Below, piece after piece: positions 46,481-56,658 of a stretch of 64,000 nt of DNA. The position numbers were made by a program, and so were the translations under genes. The DNA comes from a virus, in the IMG/VR virus record IMGVR_UViG_3300010403_000024, positions 13,440 to 77,439 of that record; one strand, 5' to 3'. Numbering within the stretch: position 1 is the first letter of the stretch; each line of letters begins with the position of its first letter. The notes beneath the pieces are model-generated. The model saw only the letters and a list, made by a program, of their open reading frames with translations. It had not been told where the DNA came from and searched no databases.

Positions 46481-49400
46481 ATGCCGGGCAACAGCGTGAT
46501 CAATGCGGTGCGGGAGAAATACCCGCAGTACGCGGACGTGGAGGACGATGAACTGACGCGGGCCATCGGGCAGAAGTATCCGCAATACCTGGACGTGGAG
46601 GATTTCGCGAAGGACTTCAAGCGGGTATCGGGCGCTCTCACTCAACCATCAAGCGAAACCACTTCGGCAGGCGGCGCGATGCTGCGCACGGCGGTCAAGG
46701 GCGCGGTGCCGGCAGCGGCTTTCGGCACGGGCTTTGGCGCGGTCTATCCCTGGGCGACGGGTGCGCTCGCCCCTGTAACAGGGCCGCTGGCGCCGATCCT
46801 CGGAGCCATCCCGGCGGCGATTGCGGGGAGCGTGGCGGCGCGAGCAGCGGGCGCGGTGCAGGGAGCAGTGGCCGAGACGGTCGCGCCAGAGACAACCAAA
46901 CGATTTGAGGAACTGGAGCGGGCGGATGTCGAGCAGCATCCAGGCGCGGTCTTTGCCGGGGAGCTGGCCAGCGGCCTGCCCTCGATGCGATTGGCACCGG
47001 GAACGGTCGCGCGCGGGATTGGGTTGTTGCCGCGGCTGGCCCGGGGGGCGGCGACAGCGGCAGAGAAGCAAGCGGTCGGCGAGGCCGCCGGTCGCGTAGT
47101 GGGTGGCGCGGTGTTTGGAGCAGCCACGCCGTTGCTCGAAGGACGGCTGCCGACCTGGCATGATGTGCTGAGCGGGGCGGCGTTTACGAGCATCTACGGG
47201 GAGCCGAGGTGGCATGCGCCGGGGGCGCGGGCGGGAGCACGCTACGCACAACGTGGGAAGCTCGGCTACTTGTCACGGCAGGCGATCAAGGAAGGCGTCG
47301 CCGAGCCGATTGAAGGTGGAGAGAGGACAGAGCCTGAACCGCCGGAGACGGAGGAAGGCGGAGCGGGAGTGACGCAGCCGCCCCCTGGACCAGGACCGAA
47401 GACACCGCCGCCTGTGCAGGTGCCGGAACCGGAGACAGTCGAAGCGCGCACTGCCACAACCGAGCAACTGAACCGGGCGCGAAAGCTGGGCTACCGCATC
47501 CTGGCCAATCGCGGCGTGGCCCCCGATGTGGCGAATTTATTTGTCGAACGCTACGTGCAGCAGAACCAGCCGGCGGAAGTGGGCGAGAAGTTCCGAAGCG
47601 ACCTCAATGCGGCCTTTGACGAGAGCGGTTTGCTCTCGGAGCGCGAGGCCAACCAGTACTCGAACGAAGCGCGGCTGCGGGCGGCGGAAGGGGTGGGCAG
47701 CGAATCGGAGATCCAGCAGGCCATAGAAAAGCACGCCCAACGGGCGCAGGAGATCGCGGCCAACAACCGAAAGATTTTAGCAAACGAAGGTCTGATCGAG
47801 AAAGGAAAAACCAGTGAAGGAGAAAAGCAAAAAGCAGGTGCGCTACCTGTTGTCGAGCGGCAGCCCGCTCAAGCCCAGCCAGAAGCAGAAGCTCAAGCGG
47901 GAACTGCACAGCGGCCAGGTGCGGGTGAAGAAAAGCAAGCTCAGCCGGTATTAAAACCGGAGTGGGCGACCGACTACCAGCCTGAGCAGTGGCGGGTGAC
48001 GGTGCAGCGGGATGCGGCCACGCCGGAGGGCGGGACCATCCCGACCGGCTACGTGCAGATGGATCGGGTGATCGACGGCCAGAACACGCACTCGACCAAC
48101 CCGGAGGCGATGCGGCAGGCGGGCTTGGAGGTGCCGACGACCGCCGAGTTGAAGACGCTGCCGCAGGGACAATACACGCTCGCGGAGGCGGTTAAGAAAT
48201 TGGGCGAGAAAGCGGCTCCAGTTAAACCGACGACGATTAACCAAACTGCACCTGGGGCCGAGAATCTTAACCAGCCAGCAGGAGGCCAACAGAAAGTTGA
48301 GCCTATCACTGAAAGGGTAACACCGCCATTAACGCAGCCAGCCAAAGAGACAACGGCTGTCCCTGCAAAAGCTCCGGTGGCCAAAGCCCAAGCTGAAGTC
48401 TCGAAAGTTGCCAAGACGGAAGGCGTGCGGAGCGCGAAGGAGATCAAGACTGAACTGATTTCCAAAATCGAAGCAGCGCATAAGAATGCTCCGCTTCTCG
48501 CGGATTGGCGCAAGGGGATGCCTAGCCATATCACAATCGAAATTCCGGGTGATGGCACTTTCAAAGTCTTGAACAGCAAAGAGGCGATTGGCGAAGTGCT
48601 CGCGAATGCCAAACGTATCGCAACAAATCCAAACGTAAAAAGGACAGTCAAATCTTCTCAGGCTGTGGGCGATATTGCAGTTCAAGCTGAATCCGCAGCC
48701 AAGGCGTACGGCAGTCCCGAAGAAGCATACCGATCAGCTATCCGCCAACGAGACGCACTGCAATCTCAAGAACCACCTGCCGAAGCCGCAGAACGCGAGG
48801 CGTGGAACAAGCAAATTGAATCTGCTGATTTTCTGGCCATGGAACTCTACGGCAGCACCAAGGCTGGCAAACTGGAAACACAAGCCGAAGCCGCAAGAGA
48901 TCGCGTCGCAACGTATAAAATTGGTGCCCAAGGATTTGAAAAGGAGATCGCCCGCCTCGAAGCGATTAAGAAAAAAAATCCAGCGAACAAAGAGAGGCTG
49001 AAGGACCTGAAAGAGCGTTATGCTGAGAACCGAGCTTTCATAGAAACGAACGAACGCAACGCCGCGAAATGGGAACAGGAAGCCGCAAAGGAAAAGGCTG
49101 CGCTTGAACAACCCGCCGCCAAGCCCTCGGAAGCGGTGCCGGAGAAGGGATTGGACGAACAGATCGAGGCCCAGAAAGCCAAGCTGAAAGACAGCGCCTC
49201 CGGCTTCTACAAGATGGGGATCACGCCCCAGATGAACCTGCAATTTTACCGGGACCTGTACGACCTGGCGGTGCTCTACGTGAAGAAGGGAGTGAAGACC
49301 GTCGAGGACTTCGCGCGGGAGACTGGCTTCAAGGTGAGCGCCACGTTGCGCAAGGCGTGGGAGGATGCGAGTGCCGGGCGCGCCCCAGAAGCTGAAGCGG

Positions 49401-52400
49401 AGAAGGTGCCGACGCCAGAGGCCTCCGAGTTCAGGGCTGACACCGACGGCGCTGTTACAAGGGTGATGGGCAGCGAGGACAATGTGCTCGGTCGCCCCAA
49501 AGCCTCTCCCGCAGCCGATGCGGCGGCCTTGGGCCATCTGCATCAGGCGATTGACCAGAGCGGTTTGCGCGTGGTGACCACCCCCAACCGCAGCCTGGGC
49601 GGGGTGGAATTTGTGCCCGACGGCTTCAACTACGACGCCGAGGGGCAACGGCTGATCGCCCACTTGGAAGCGGAGTTGGCCCTGGCCGGCGGTGCCGACC
49701 GTTCGCCCTACCATTTGGCGGCGCTGATCAACTCGATACGCCTCAACCATGAGCGCGGCAACCTGAATGACATCTTCTCCGAGCCAGTGCGGGACCGCCT
49801 CTATCAACTAACGCAAAGCGAAGCCAGCCACTACGGCTTGATGCTGCACAGCCTGCAACGGTTCGGACAAGGGATTGAGCGCATCGCCCGCGACGTGCGC
49901 GTGTATCTCAAGCGCGAGTGGCGCAAGGAATTTGGCGGCCAGAATTTTGATGCGATCTTCCGCCGTGTGATGGAGCGGCTGACGCGCGACCTGCCCGACG
50001 CGGCGGCGACGACGCTGCGCGATCACCCTGACGTGCAGGAGTTTGTGGAGCGCGTGATCGAAGCCAACGCCCGCGACCTGGGCGGGCGGGTGTACCGGCG
50101 CTTCCAGCAGTTGATGAAACCCAAGAGCGCCAAGCGATTGGGCACTCTGCTGGCCGATACCCGTGCCCGCGAGGCGGTACAAAAGCTGGTCGAGGACGCC
50201 AAGCGGCAAGGGATGACACCAAGGAAAGTGCCGGGCAAGACCAAGCTCGAACCTTGGGAGGAACTGCTTTACCTGGCCAACCCGGAGAACGCCAGCCGGG
50301 TGCAGGACCTGATCGAGGATGCGGTGCGGCAGGGCGAACGCAACGCCGCCCGCGCCATGGCCGAGCGGCGGCTGAGCCCCGAGGAACTGGACCTGTACGA
50401 CCAGCGCACGCGCGACCCGCGCGTGGTGGGGCCCGACCCGGTGCCGGAGGAGATTGCCGGCGGATTGGAAACCCCGGAGTTCAAGCACTGGCAGGTGGTG
50501 CGCGATCATTTCCTGGGTTACGACCCGACGACCCTGCGCCTGGCCCGGCAGGTGTTGAGCAAGGATTTCCGCGGCACGCGCTTCGACCCGGCCAGGACGC
50601 GGCCAGCCGATACCCGCATCGACCTGGCGAAGCTGGCCCGCTCGCCTGAAGCGGAGGTGCAGCGCGTGCTGGACGGCTACCTGGCGGACGTGGAGGCCAG
50701 CGTGGATCTCTCTGGCGCGACGCCCGAAACCACCCAACGCATCCGGCAGATGATGGCCGAGCAACTGGCCGAGCAACTGGCGGCGCGGCGCAAGGAGTTC
50801 CTCGACAACTTCTTTGACCCCAAAGCGATCCCCAGAGTGAGCGCCTCGGACCGATTGAAGCGCATCCTCAACGCCGGGGTGGAACGCGACGAACGTTTCC
50901 GCTCCGAGCGCGTGCGCCGGCTGGTGCAGAGCCTGGCGAGCATTCCAGCCGAGGAATTCGAGGCGCAGGCGGTGCGGCCGCGCGCGGAAAAGAACGGGTG
51001 GGTGCAGGACAAGCTGATCGAAGTGTCCAACCGCGAGGGATGGGACGCGCTGGACCCGGCCACGCGGGATTACTTCGAGGCGGTGACGTTTACCAAGCTG
51101 GCCGAGGGTCTGGCCAATGCCGAAGAACGCATCACGCGCCGCTTCCTGGGCGGCAAAGACGTGAGCCACGCGCCCAAGCCCGCCCGGACTGAGGCGGAAA
51201 AGCTGGCTGACATTGAGCGGCGACGGGATGAGGCAGCGGGGCGGCTGCGCGGATTGATCCAGGCGGGCGGGTTCGACACCGCGCTGGTCAATGAGATCGC
51301 CCGCAAGTCGGCGGTGAATAAGTTGTTGCCGACGATGAAGGACCTGATCGGGCAAGTGCTCGAAACGCCCATCTACCGGCAGTCTGACCTGCGCACGCGC
51401 TTTGTGGAGCGGCTGGTGAATAACATGGGGATAGATCCGGCGCAGGCTGAGAAAGCCTGGGCGGTGTTCGATAAAGCTTTTGCCTCAAAATTTGCCGAGG
51501 CGCGAAGCCGGGCGGCCAGGAGCGCCCTCGCCGCCATGACGCCAGCGGAGAAAAAGAGCGTGCCGCGGCCCATGTACGAAAAGCTGGAACGGCTGGTCAA
51601 TGCCGGCGTGCTGGACAGCGGCGAGATGCTGCGCGCTCTGGCGCGGGAGCGCGGATGGGTCGAGCCGACCGACGCCGAGATCGAGCGCATGCGGGCGCTG
51701 GCTGAGCGCGAGCAGCAGTTGCGGGAGATCCCGCCGACCGAGCGCGTCGAGATGGAGGCCGCCAACGCCTCGCCCGAAGATTTCGCCAAGCGGCAAGGCG
51801 AAGTGATGGCCGAAACGCAGTTGGCTCGCGACTCGATCATCCGCGAGTTGACCCGGCTCTGGTCGAAGTTCTCCAATCCGATCCAACTACCCAAGTTCAG
51901 CGGGATCGACACATGGAAAGGCGCCTGGACGCAGCGGCGCAACCTTTACCGGGCGCTGCACGAGTACGTAACGTTATCGCTGATCACCAAGATCGGGTTC
52001 CCGATCCGCATCTTCGAACATCTGACCACGCAACTGGTCGGCCACGCGCTGATCCGCCCGCTGGCGCGCGTGCAGCAGCTTTGGAAGATCGACCGGGCGC
52101 AGGGCAACGCCCATGCGGTGCTGCCGGATCTGGTCGATGCGTACGCCGATACCTTCAAAGCATGGGCGGCGGCGATGCGGCCGGCGGTGGCGGCGATGCG
52201 CGCCGAACTGCGCGGGCGCGGCGAGGCCCGCAATGTGGACCGGCTGATGACGGGCATCCAAGGACTGGAACGGACGGCGGCCTATGCGCGGGAACACATG
52301 GGGATGGCCCGCGAACTGATGAAGGCCGGCGACCTGGCCAAGGCCAGCGTGGAGTATGCCAAGGGATTTACGGCGCATCTGTTCGCCTTCCCGCGCCTGA

Positions 52401-54139
52401 TGGGGTGGGTGATCTCCGCCGCCGATCAGTGGCAGGGCGTGCCGGCGGAATATCAGGACCTCCTGCACCGGATCGAACTGTCGGCGCGCGAGAACGGGGT
52501 GAGTCGGGCGGAGAGCGCGGCCTGGCGCGAGGGGGTATTCAAGGACCTGAAGGCCCGGTGGATCGAGGCCATGAGCGACACCAGACGCGACTGGGACGCA
52601 CACGGGATCGAGGGCAACGAGAATCAACTGAGCGAGAGCGCGTGGAAGCTGGTGTTGCACCGGGCTTACGAGGACGCGCGCCGCATCGGGGCGCCGGTGG
52701 ACGAGATCCGGGGCGACAATGAGGCCCTTCGAAGGTCGCTGGCCTGGCAGGAGGAAGTGCGGCGCGGGCCGGGCGCGGTCATGAGCGGCATCGTGAAGAA
52801 GATGCCCCTGACCTGGGGGGCGTTTGCCAACGCGATCGGGCACTCGATCAACTACGCTTTTATGTGGCTGCCGCCGCCGCTGCATAAGCTCGCGGAGTGG
52901 CATCCAAGGGGTGAGAAGGAGCCGCCCAGCGGATGGTTCCGGACTGACCTGGATCGCAGCCAGCGATTGATGCAAAGCCTGGTCGGGACCGCCATCGGCG
53001 GCTACCTGACTTACCTGATTTTCAACGGCAACCTGCGGGTGATCCCGCATTTCATCGCGAGCAAAGAGGAGCGGGATCGGCTGGAGAAGCAGGGACACAA
53101 GCCGGGCACGGTCGAAATCACGCTGCCGGACGGGCGGTTCATCCCGTTCTCGATGACGGTCGGGCCATTCCAGCCGATGGCACCCTACCTGGCCGGCGCG
53201 GGCGCCGCCTTCGACCTGGCGCAGAAGCGGATCGCCCAGCAAAAGAAGCTGAATGAGGACGCGGCCAAGGCGGGCTTGCCGGCTGGCCAGTTGCCGCCGC
53301 CGGAGCTGTCCGATTACATGCTGATTGCGGGCGCCGCCGCCTGGCAGACGATCATGGGCAGCAAGACCGCCGGGGGCTGGAGCCAGCAATTCCTCGAGCC
53401 GGGCCGGTTGGAGGCCAACTTCAAGCGCATGGCGGCGGGCTTCGTGCAGCCGTTCATCCCCGGTGCGCCGGCCTGGGGCGAAGTGGCGCGGATGGAGGGC
53501 GTGGCGCTCGATAAGCGGCTGGCGACGGTCTGGGACTATCTGGTGCCGCTGCCGACCTCGCAGGCCCGGGCCTTGAATGTCTTGGGCGACCCGGTAGGGA
53601 CCCCCAACGCCGTGCAGCGGGTGCTGCAGGTGATCACCGGTGGGACTTACCCGGCGGTGGTGGACCCCGCGACGCAGGGCGACGACCATGCGGCCTATGC
53701 CGCACTGTTTGCGAGCGAGTGGCGCCCGCCGCTGATCGACCCCAAGAAAGGCTATAACGTTAACGGGGTTTTCAGGCCCTTGACCGATAACGAACTGGAG
53801 AAATACACGGAACAGCGCGGGAAGCTGCTAAAGGGGGCGTTAACCGGTTTGGGCGCCTCGGCGACGGCGGAGACGGTCAAGGCCGCTTATCAGGAAGCGC
53901 AGGCCGGGGCTTTGGCGAGCGTGGGGGCTGCGGGCAAGGCGACAACCGGTGCGACCGGTGCGAGCAGGCGAACCGGGCAGAGAAAGGCCCCATCCCGGAG
54001 ACTGCCTCGATTGTCGAGGCTATCGACGAGAATGGGGCGTGGCGTGCGCAGGCTAAGCTACGGCAGGCTTTCAGGAGCCGGAGGCAGGTTGATCAACCCC
54101 CGCGGGCGTCTGGGGCGAAGCCAGAGGGCTTTGGGGTGA
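46481..54139 (+). CDS. Giant internal virion / polyvalent ejection protein (~2552 aa)
   Basis: N-terminal REKYPQYAD..D.EL...I..KYPQY; Gly/Ala hydrophobic block; last gene of late operon. Confidence 0.75.
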   Translation: MPGNSVINAVREKYPQYADVEDDELTRAIGQKYPQYLDVEDFAKDFKRVSGALTQPSSETTSAGGAMLRTAVKGAVPAAAFGTGFGAVYPWATGALAPVTGPLAPILGAIPAAIAGSVAARAAGAVQGAVAETVAPETTKRFEELERADVEQHPGAVFAGELASGLPSMRLAPGTVARGIGLLPRLARGAATAAEKQAVGEAAGRVVGGAVFGAATPLLEGRLPTWHDVLSGAAFTSIYGEPRWHAPGARAGARYAQRGKLGYLSRQAIKEGVAEPIEGGERTEPEPPETEEGGAGVTQPPPGPGPKTPPPVQVPEPETVEARTATTEQLNRARKLGYRILANRGVAPDVANLFVERYVQQNQPAEVGEKFRSDLNAAFDESGLLSEREANQYSNEARLRAAEGVGSESEIQQAIEKHAQRAQEIAANNRKILANEGLIEKGKTSEGEKQKAGALPVVERQPAQAQPEAEAQAGTAQRPGAGEEKQAQPVLKPEWATDYQPEQWRVTVQRDAATPEGGTIPTGYVQMDRVIDGQNTHSTNPEAMRQAGLEVPTTAELKTLPQGQYTLAEAVKKLGEKAAPVKPTTINQTAPGAENLNQPAGGQQKVEPITERVTPPLTQPAKETTAVPAKAPVAKAQAEVSKVAKTEGVRSAKEIKTELISKIEAAHKNAPLLADWRKGMPSHITIEIPGDGTFKVLNSKEAIGEVLANAKRIATNPNVKRTVKSSQAVGDIAVQAESAAKAYGSPEEAYRSAIRQRDALQSQEPPAEAAEREAWNKQIESADFLAMELYGSTKAGKLETQAEAARDRVATYKIGAQGFEKEIARLEAIKKKNPANKERLKDLKERYAENRAFIETNERNAAKWEQEAAKEKAALEQPAAKPSEAVPEKGLDEQIEAQKAKLKDSASGFYKMGITPQMNLQFYRDLYDLAVLYVKKGVKTVEDFARETGFKVSATLRKAWEDASAGRAPEAEAEKVPTPEASEFRADTDGAVTRVMGSEDNVLGRPKASPAADAAALGHLHQAIDQSGLRVVTTPNRSLGGVEFVPDGFNYDAEGQRLIAHLEAELALAGGADRSPYHLAALINSIRLNHERGNLNDIFSEPVRDRLYQLTQSEASHYGLMLHSLQRFGQGIERIARDVRVYLKREWRKEFGGQNFDAIFRRVMERLTRDLPDAAATTLRDHPDVQEFVERVIEANARDLGGRVYRRFQQLMKPKSAKRLGTLLADTRAREAVQKLVEDAKRQGMTPRKVPGKTKLEPWEELLYLANPENASRVQDLIEDAVRQGERNAARAMAERRLSPEELDLYDQRTRDPRVVGPDPVPEEIAGGLETPEFKHWQVVRDHFLGYDPTTLRLARQVLSKDFRGTRFDPARTRPADTRIDLAKLARSPEAEVQRVLDGYLADVEASVDLSGATPETTQRIRQMMAEQLAEQLAARRKEFLDNFFDPKAIPRVSASDRLKRILNAGVERDERFRSERVRRLVQSLASIPAEEFEAQAVRPRAEKNGWVQDKLIEVSNREGWDALDPATRDYFEAVTFTKLAEGLANAEERITRRFLGGKDVSHAPKPARTEAEKLADIERRRDEAAGRLRGLIQAGGFDTALVNEIARKSAVNKLLPTMKDLIGQVLETPIYRQSDLRTRFVERLVNNMGIDPAQAEKAWAVFDKAFASKFAEARSRAARSALAAMTPAEKKSVPRPMYEKLERLVNAGVLDSGEMLRALARERGWVEPTDAEIERMRALAEREQQLREIPPTERVEMEAANASPEDFAKRQGEVMAETQLARDSIIRELTRLWSKFSNPIQLPKFSGIDTWKGAWTQRRNLYRALHEYVTLSLITKIGFPIRIFEHLTTQLVGHALIRPLARVQQLWKIDRAQGNAHAVLPDLVDAYADTFKAWAAAMRPAVAAMRAELRGRGEARNVDRLMTGIQGLERTAAYAREHMGMARELMKAGDLAKASVEYAKGFTAHLFAFPRLMGWVISAADQWQGVPAEYQDLLHRIELSARENGVSRAESAAWREGVFKDLKARWIEAMSDTRRDWDAHGIEGNENQLSESAWKLVLHRAYEDARRIGAPVDEIRGDNEALRRSLAWQEEVRRGPGAVMSGIVKKMPLTWGAFANAIGHSINYAFMWLPPPLHKLAEWHPRGEKEPPSGWFRTDLDRSQRLMQSLVGTAIGGYLTYLIFNGNLRVIPHFIASKEERDRLEKQGHKPGTVEITLPDGRFIPFSMTVGPFQPMAPYLAGAGAAFDLAQKRIAQQKKLNEDAAKAGLPAGQLPPPELSDYMLIAGAAAWQTIMGSKTAGGWSQQFLEPGRLEANFKRMAAGFVQPFIPGAPAWGEVARMEGVALDKRLATVWDYLVPLPTSQARALNVLGDPVGTPNAVQRVLQVITGGTYPAVVDPATQGDDHAAYAALFASEWRPPLIDPKKGYNVNGVFRPLTDNELEKYTEQRGKLLKGALTGLGASATAETVKAAYQEAQAGALASVGAAGKATTGATGASRRTGQRKAPSRRLPRLSRLSTRMGRGVRRLSYGRLSGAGGRLINPRGRLGRSQRALG

Positions 54140-54307
54140 TTCGGGTATGTCCTGAATGTCGGTGATCTCGCCCATTCCTTGCTGCACCTGCCACCAAGCT
54201 TCTTGAATGATGTTGCGATCTTCTTCGGGAGTGACTTGGCTCAAGTCGCTCGTCGATACCTCGGCCTGAATCGAAATGGACCAAGTGACAGTAACGAGTC
54301 TTTTCAC
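54071..54307 (-). CDS. Hypothetical protein (convergent overlap with giant gene)
   Basis: GTG start VKRLVTVTWSISIQAEV. Confidence 0.5.
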   Translation of the reverse strand: MKRLVTVTWSISIQAEVSTSDLSQVTPEEDRNIIQEAWWQVQQGMGEITDIQDIPESPQSPLASPQTPAGVDQPASGS

Positions 54308-54537
54308 TTGGCACCCCCCGCCAGTAGCCAGAGGATCAACACCAGGACCGACCCGAAGACAAAGGCGTAGAGCCATTGCCGGCGCTTGTCGCGCAGGCGC
54401 TCGGATTCCCGGAAGTTATGCGCCCCCCAGGCGGTTTCGCAGTGGACGCAGCGGTATTGCCCGGTTTTGGTCGGCTCAAACTCCGCGTTGCAGTAGAGGC
54501 AGGTTTTCATGTGTCCACTTTTCCAGACAGATTTCAT
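54304..54537 (-). CDS. Zn-ribbon + C-terminal TM protein
   Basis: CLYC...F.P...Q..C..C; WLYAFVFGSVLVLILWLLAG. Confidence 0.55.
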   Translation of the reverse strand: MKSVWKSGHMKTCLYCNAEFEPTKTGQYRCVHCETAWGAHNFRESERLRDKRRQWLYAFVFGSVLVLILWLLAGGAK

Positions 54538-54719
54538 TTCGATTCTCCTTCCAGTATCTTGATCTCTTGTTTGATGGTGCGCGAGCGCAGCGACTCGCAT
54601 ACGAGCCGCTCGGCCACCTCGGCGGTCGAGTTGCCGTACAGGCCAAAGGGGATCATGCGATCCAGAAACTCCTTGACCCGCCGGGTGGTGGTGATCGTGA
54701 TGCGAACGGTGTCCTTCAT
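54534..54719 (-). CDS. Ribbon-helix-helix DNA-binding protein
   Basis: VRITIT...KEFLDRMI..GLYGNS.AEV..RL. Confidence 0.7.
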   Translation of the reverse strand: MKDTVRITITTTRRVKEFLDRMIPFGLYGNSTAEVAERLVCESLRSRTIKQEIKILEGESK

Positions 54720-55060
54720 GCGGCACCTTTCTCGGCTTGGGCGATGGCCTCGGCTGAGTTTTTAACCTTCTCCAACACAGCGGACAGTTCACCGACCGGC
54801 AACTGATTAGCGACTGCGTTCAGATAGCCGTTTAAGTCGATAAGCGCCGCCAAGAGCGATTCATGGTTGTTGACGGCGCGCACAATGGCCGGAATGACAT
54901 GGTTGTCGAGGGCAACCGCTCTATGCAGAGGCGGGGCTTTGCCGTCCTGCGCGTAGAGCACGCAGATGTTCAATTCAGGCAGGTCGTCTTTGTGCGCGGT
55001 TGGAATGCCCGTGACGTGCCATTCGCGGTTCCACCTTGGGGAGGGGGTAAGCTTGATCAT
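54716..55060 (-). CDS. Phage early hypothetical protein
   Basis: LTPSPRW...IVRAVNNHESLLAAL. Confidence 0.6.
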   Translation of the reverse strand: MIKLTPSPRWNREWHVTGIPTAHKDDLPELNICVLYAQDGKAPPLHRAVALDNHVIPAIVRAVNNHESLLAALIDLNGYLNAVANQLPVGELSAVLEKVKNSAEAIAQAEKGAA

Positions 55061-55215
55061 GCTGCCCCCTTTGCCTTGGCTTGCTGCCCTTGACACTGAT
55101 TGGCCGGGAGCTGCGGATCGAATGTCTCGCGGCATTGGTCGCACATACACTCCCCGCGGGGCAGGTCCCGATGTTCAATTTGATTCACTTCGATTTTCAT
55201 AGTTTTACTGTTTTG

Positions 55216-56061
55216 TTAAAGCGTGCTCTCGACCGCGCGCCGCTTGGCATCCATGCCGACGTGTAGGTATCGCTGGAGCACCGAGAGCGAATGCCCGGTT
55301 ATGCTCTGGACTACCGCGATCGAGTGGCCGGCCTCGATTAGGGACGTGACGCGCCGATGCCGCAAACAGTGAAAGCTCTTGCTCACCCCGGCCTTGTCCG
55401 CCTGGGTGCGGAACGACCGCGACAAGGCCGCCGGCCCGCCCCCGCATTCGTACACGTAGGCCATAGCCCTAAAGACGTACACTTGGTTCTCGGTCTCTCG
55501 GCTGCGGGCTTCAAGGGACACGGCCAGCGACTCCGATAGCGGCAGCTCCAGGACGAGCCCGCGCCGACGTGTCTTGCGCGGCGCCACCGTCAATACCCGG
55601 TGCGCGGCGTCCAGGGCTTCGACGGGCAAAAGTGCGACGTCGGCCAGGCGCAAGCCGGTTTCCCATCCGAGCCGGATTGCATCCGGCCAGTGTTCTTCCG
55701 CCGCCGGCCATTCATGCGCGAGCAACCTCTGATACTCCTCGACCGTGACCGCCTCGCGCTGCGCCGGCTGCTCGTAGAGGGTGCGGCAGGGCAGGACGAC
55801 CGCCGTTCGCGGCAGGACCGCCATGCTCTGCCCCCAGGCGAAGAACGCCTTGAGCGTACGGCGCCGCATGATCAAGGTCGCGTGCCGGCACCCGGCAACC
55901 CGCCCGTCGTCAATCCACGCCTCGACCGCCAGGTCGAGCCGGGAGCGATTGCCCATCGCGGCCGCAAATGCCCGCAACAACTGGCGCCGCATGTGGGCAG
56001 TCGAGGCCGACCAATGCGCGTGATCCGAAACGTATTGCTCGATCAGGGGCAGGAGATTCAC
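55216..56061 (-). CDS. Tyrosine recombinase/integrase
   Basis: TGLRLAD (R), PRKT (K), FHCLRH (HxxR), TGH, RYLH (Y); GTG start 56061. Confidence 0.9.
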   Translation of the reverse strand: MNLLPLIEQYVSDHAHWSASTAHMRRQLLRAFAAAMGNRSRLDLAVEAWIDDGRVAGCRHATLIMRRRTLKAFFAWGQSMAVLPRTAVVLPCRTLYEQPAQREAVTVEEYQRLLAHEWPAAEEHWPDAIRLGWETGLRLADVALLPVEALDAAHRVLTVAPRKTRRRGLVLELPLSESLAVSLEARSRETENQVYVFRAMAYVYECGGGPAALSRSFRTQADKAGVSKSFHCLRHRRVTSLIEAGHSIAVVQSITGHSLSVLQRYLHVGMDAKRRAVESTL

Positions 56062-56258
56062 GGCGCAACCTCCGCCCTCGGTATCAGCCAAAGCGTAGGG
56101 CCAGCTACGGAGCTGACCGCGTAATCGGCGCAATGAAAATACTCGGCCCGCTCAAAGCGATCGGCGTAAACCAATCGCCCGCCGCCGGGCATGACTTCGA
56201 CGTGATCGCCGTAATCGTCGGAGATCTCCGCCAGGGTGCGCTTGGGGTGCGTGCTCAT
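56058..56258 (-). CDS. Hypothetical protein
   Basis: Coupled small ORF MSTHPKRTLAE. Confidence 0.55.
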   Translation of the reverse strand: MSTHPKRTLAEISDDYGDHVEVMPGGGRLVYADRFERAEYFHCADYAVSSVAGPTLWLIPRAEVAP

Positions 56259-56458
56259 AAGCCGTGCTCCGTTCCCATACCGAGCCGCTTGCACTCCTCA
56301 TAAGCGGCGCGTGTCTTGTCTTGCTGCTTGCGCAACCCAAACGGATTGACGAATACGCTGCCCGCGTACCTGTCCTCTTCGCGCTCGGCAAACTCGTAAG
56401 CTTCCTTTGCTTTGCGTTGCGCCGGGGTGAGTCGAACCTTTGATTTCCATGCGCTCAT
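56255..56458 (-). CDS. Hypothetical protein
   Basis: Coupled 67 aa ORF. Confidence 0.55.
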   Translation of the reverse strand: MSAWKSKVRLTPAQRKAKEAYEFAEREEDRYAGSVFVNPFGLRKQQDKTRAAYEECKRLGMGTEHGL

Positions 56459-56658
56459 TCAACCCCCCTTGATCCAAGGATTGCAACCGTCTCAGGACGC
56501 CATCCGCCGGTTTCCACGAACGCCGGCAGGAACGCCTCGTCTTTGTTCGCGTTCATCCAGTCGATAGCCTCACGCGCCGATTCCACGTTGCGCTTGGCCC
56601 AGCGAGTAGTGCCCGGACGTTTGCCCGGTGCGCGGTATTTGAGAATCAAGCCACTCAT
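56455..56658 (-). CDS. Hypothetical protein
   Basis: Coupled 67 aa ORF. Confidence 0.55.
   Translation of the reverse strand: MSGLILKYRAPGKRPGTTRWAKRNVESAREAIDWMNANKDEAFLPAFVETGGWRPETVAILGSRGVE

Noticed and set aside
55150-56133. attP/att site next to the recombinase
   Set aside because: Gene is embedded in a coupled operon, with no flanking non-coding stretch or tRNA-end duplication that I could identify
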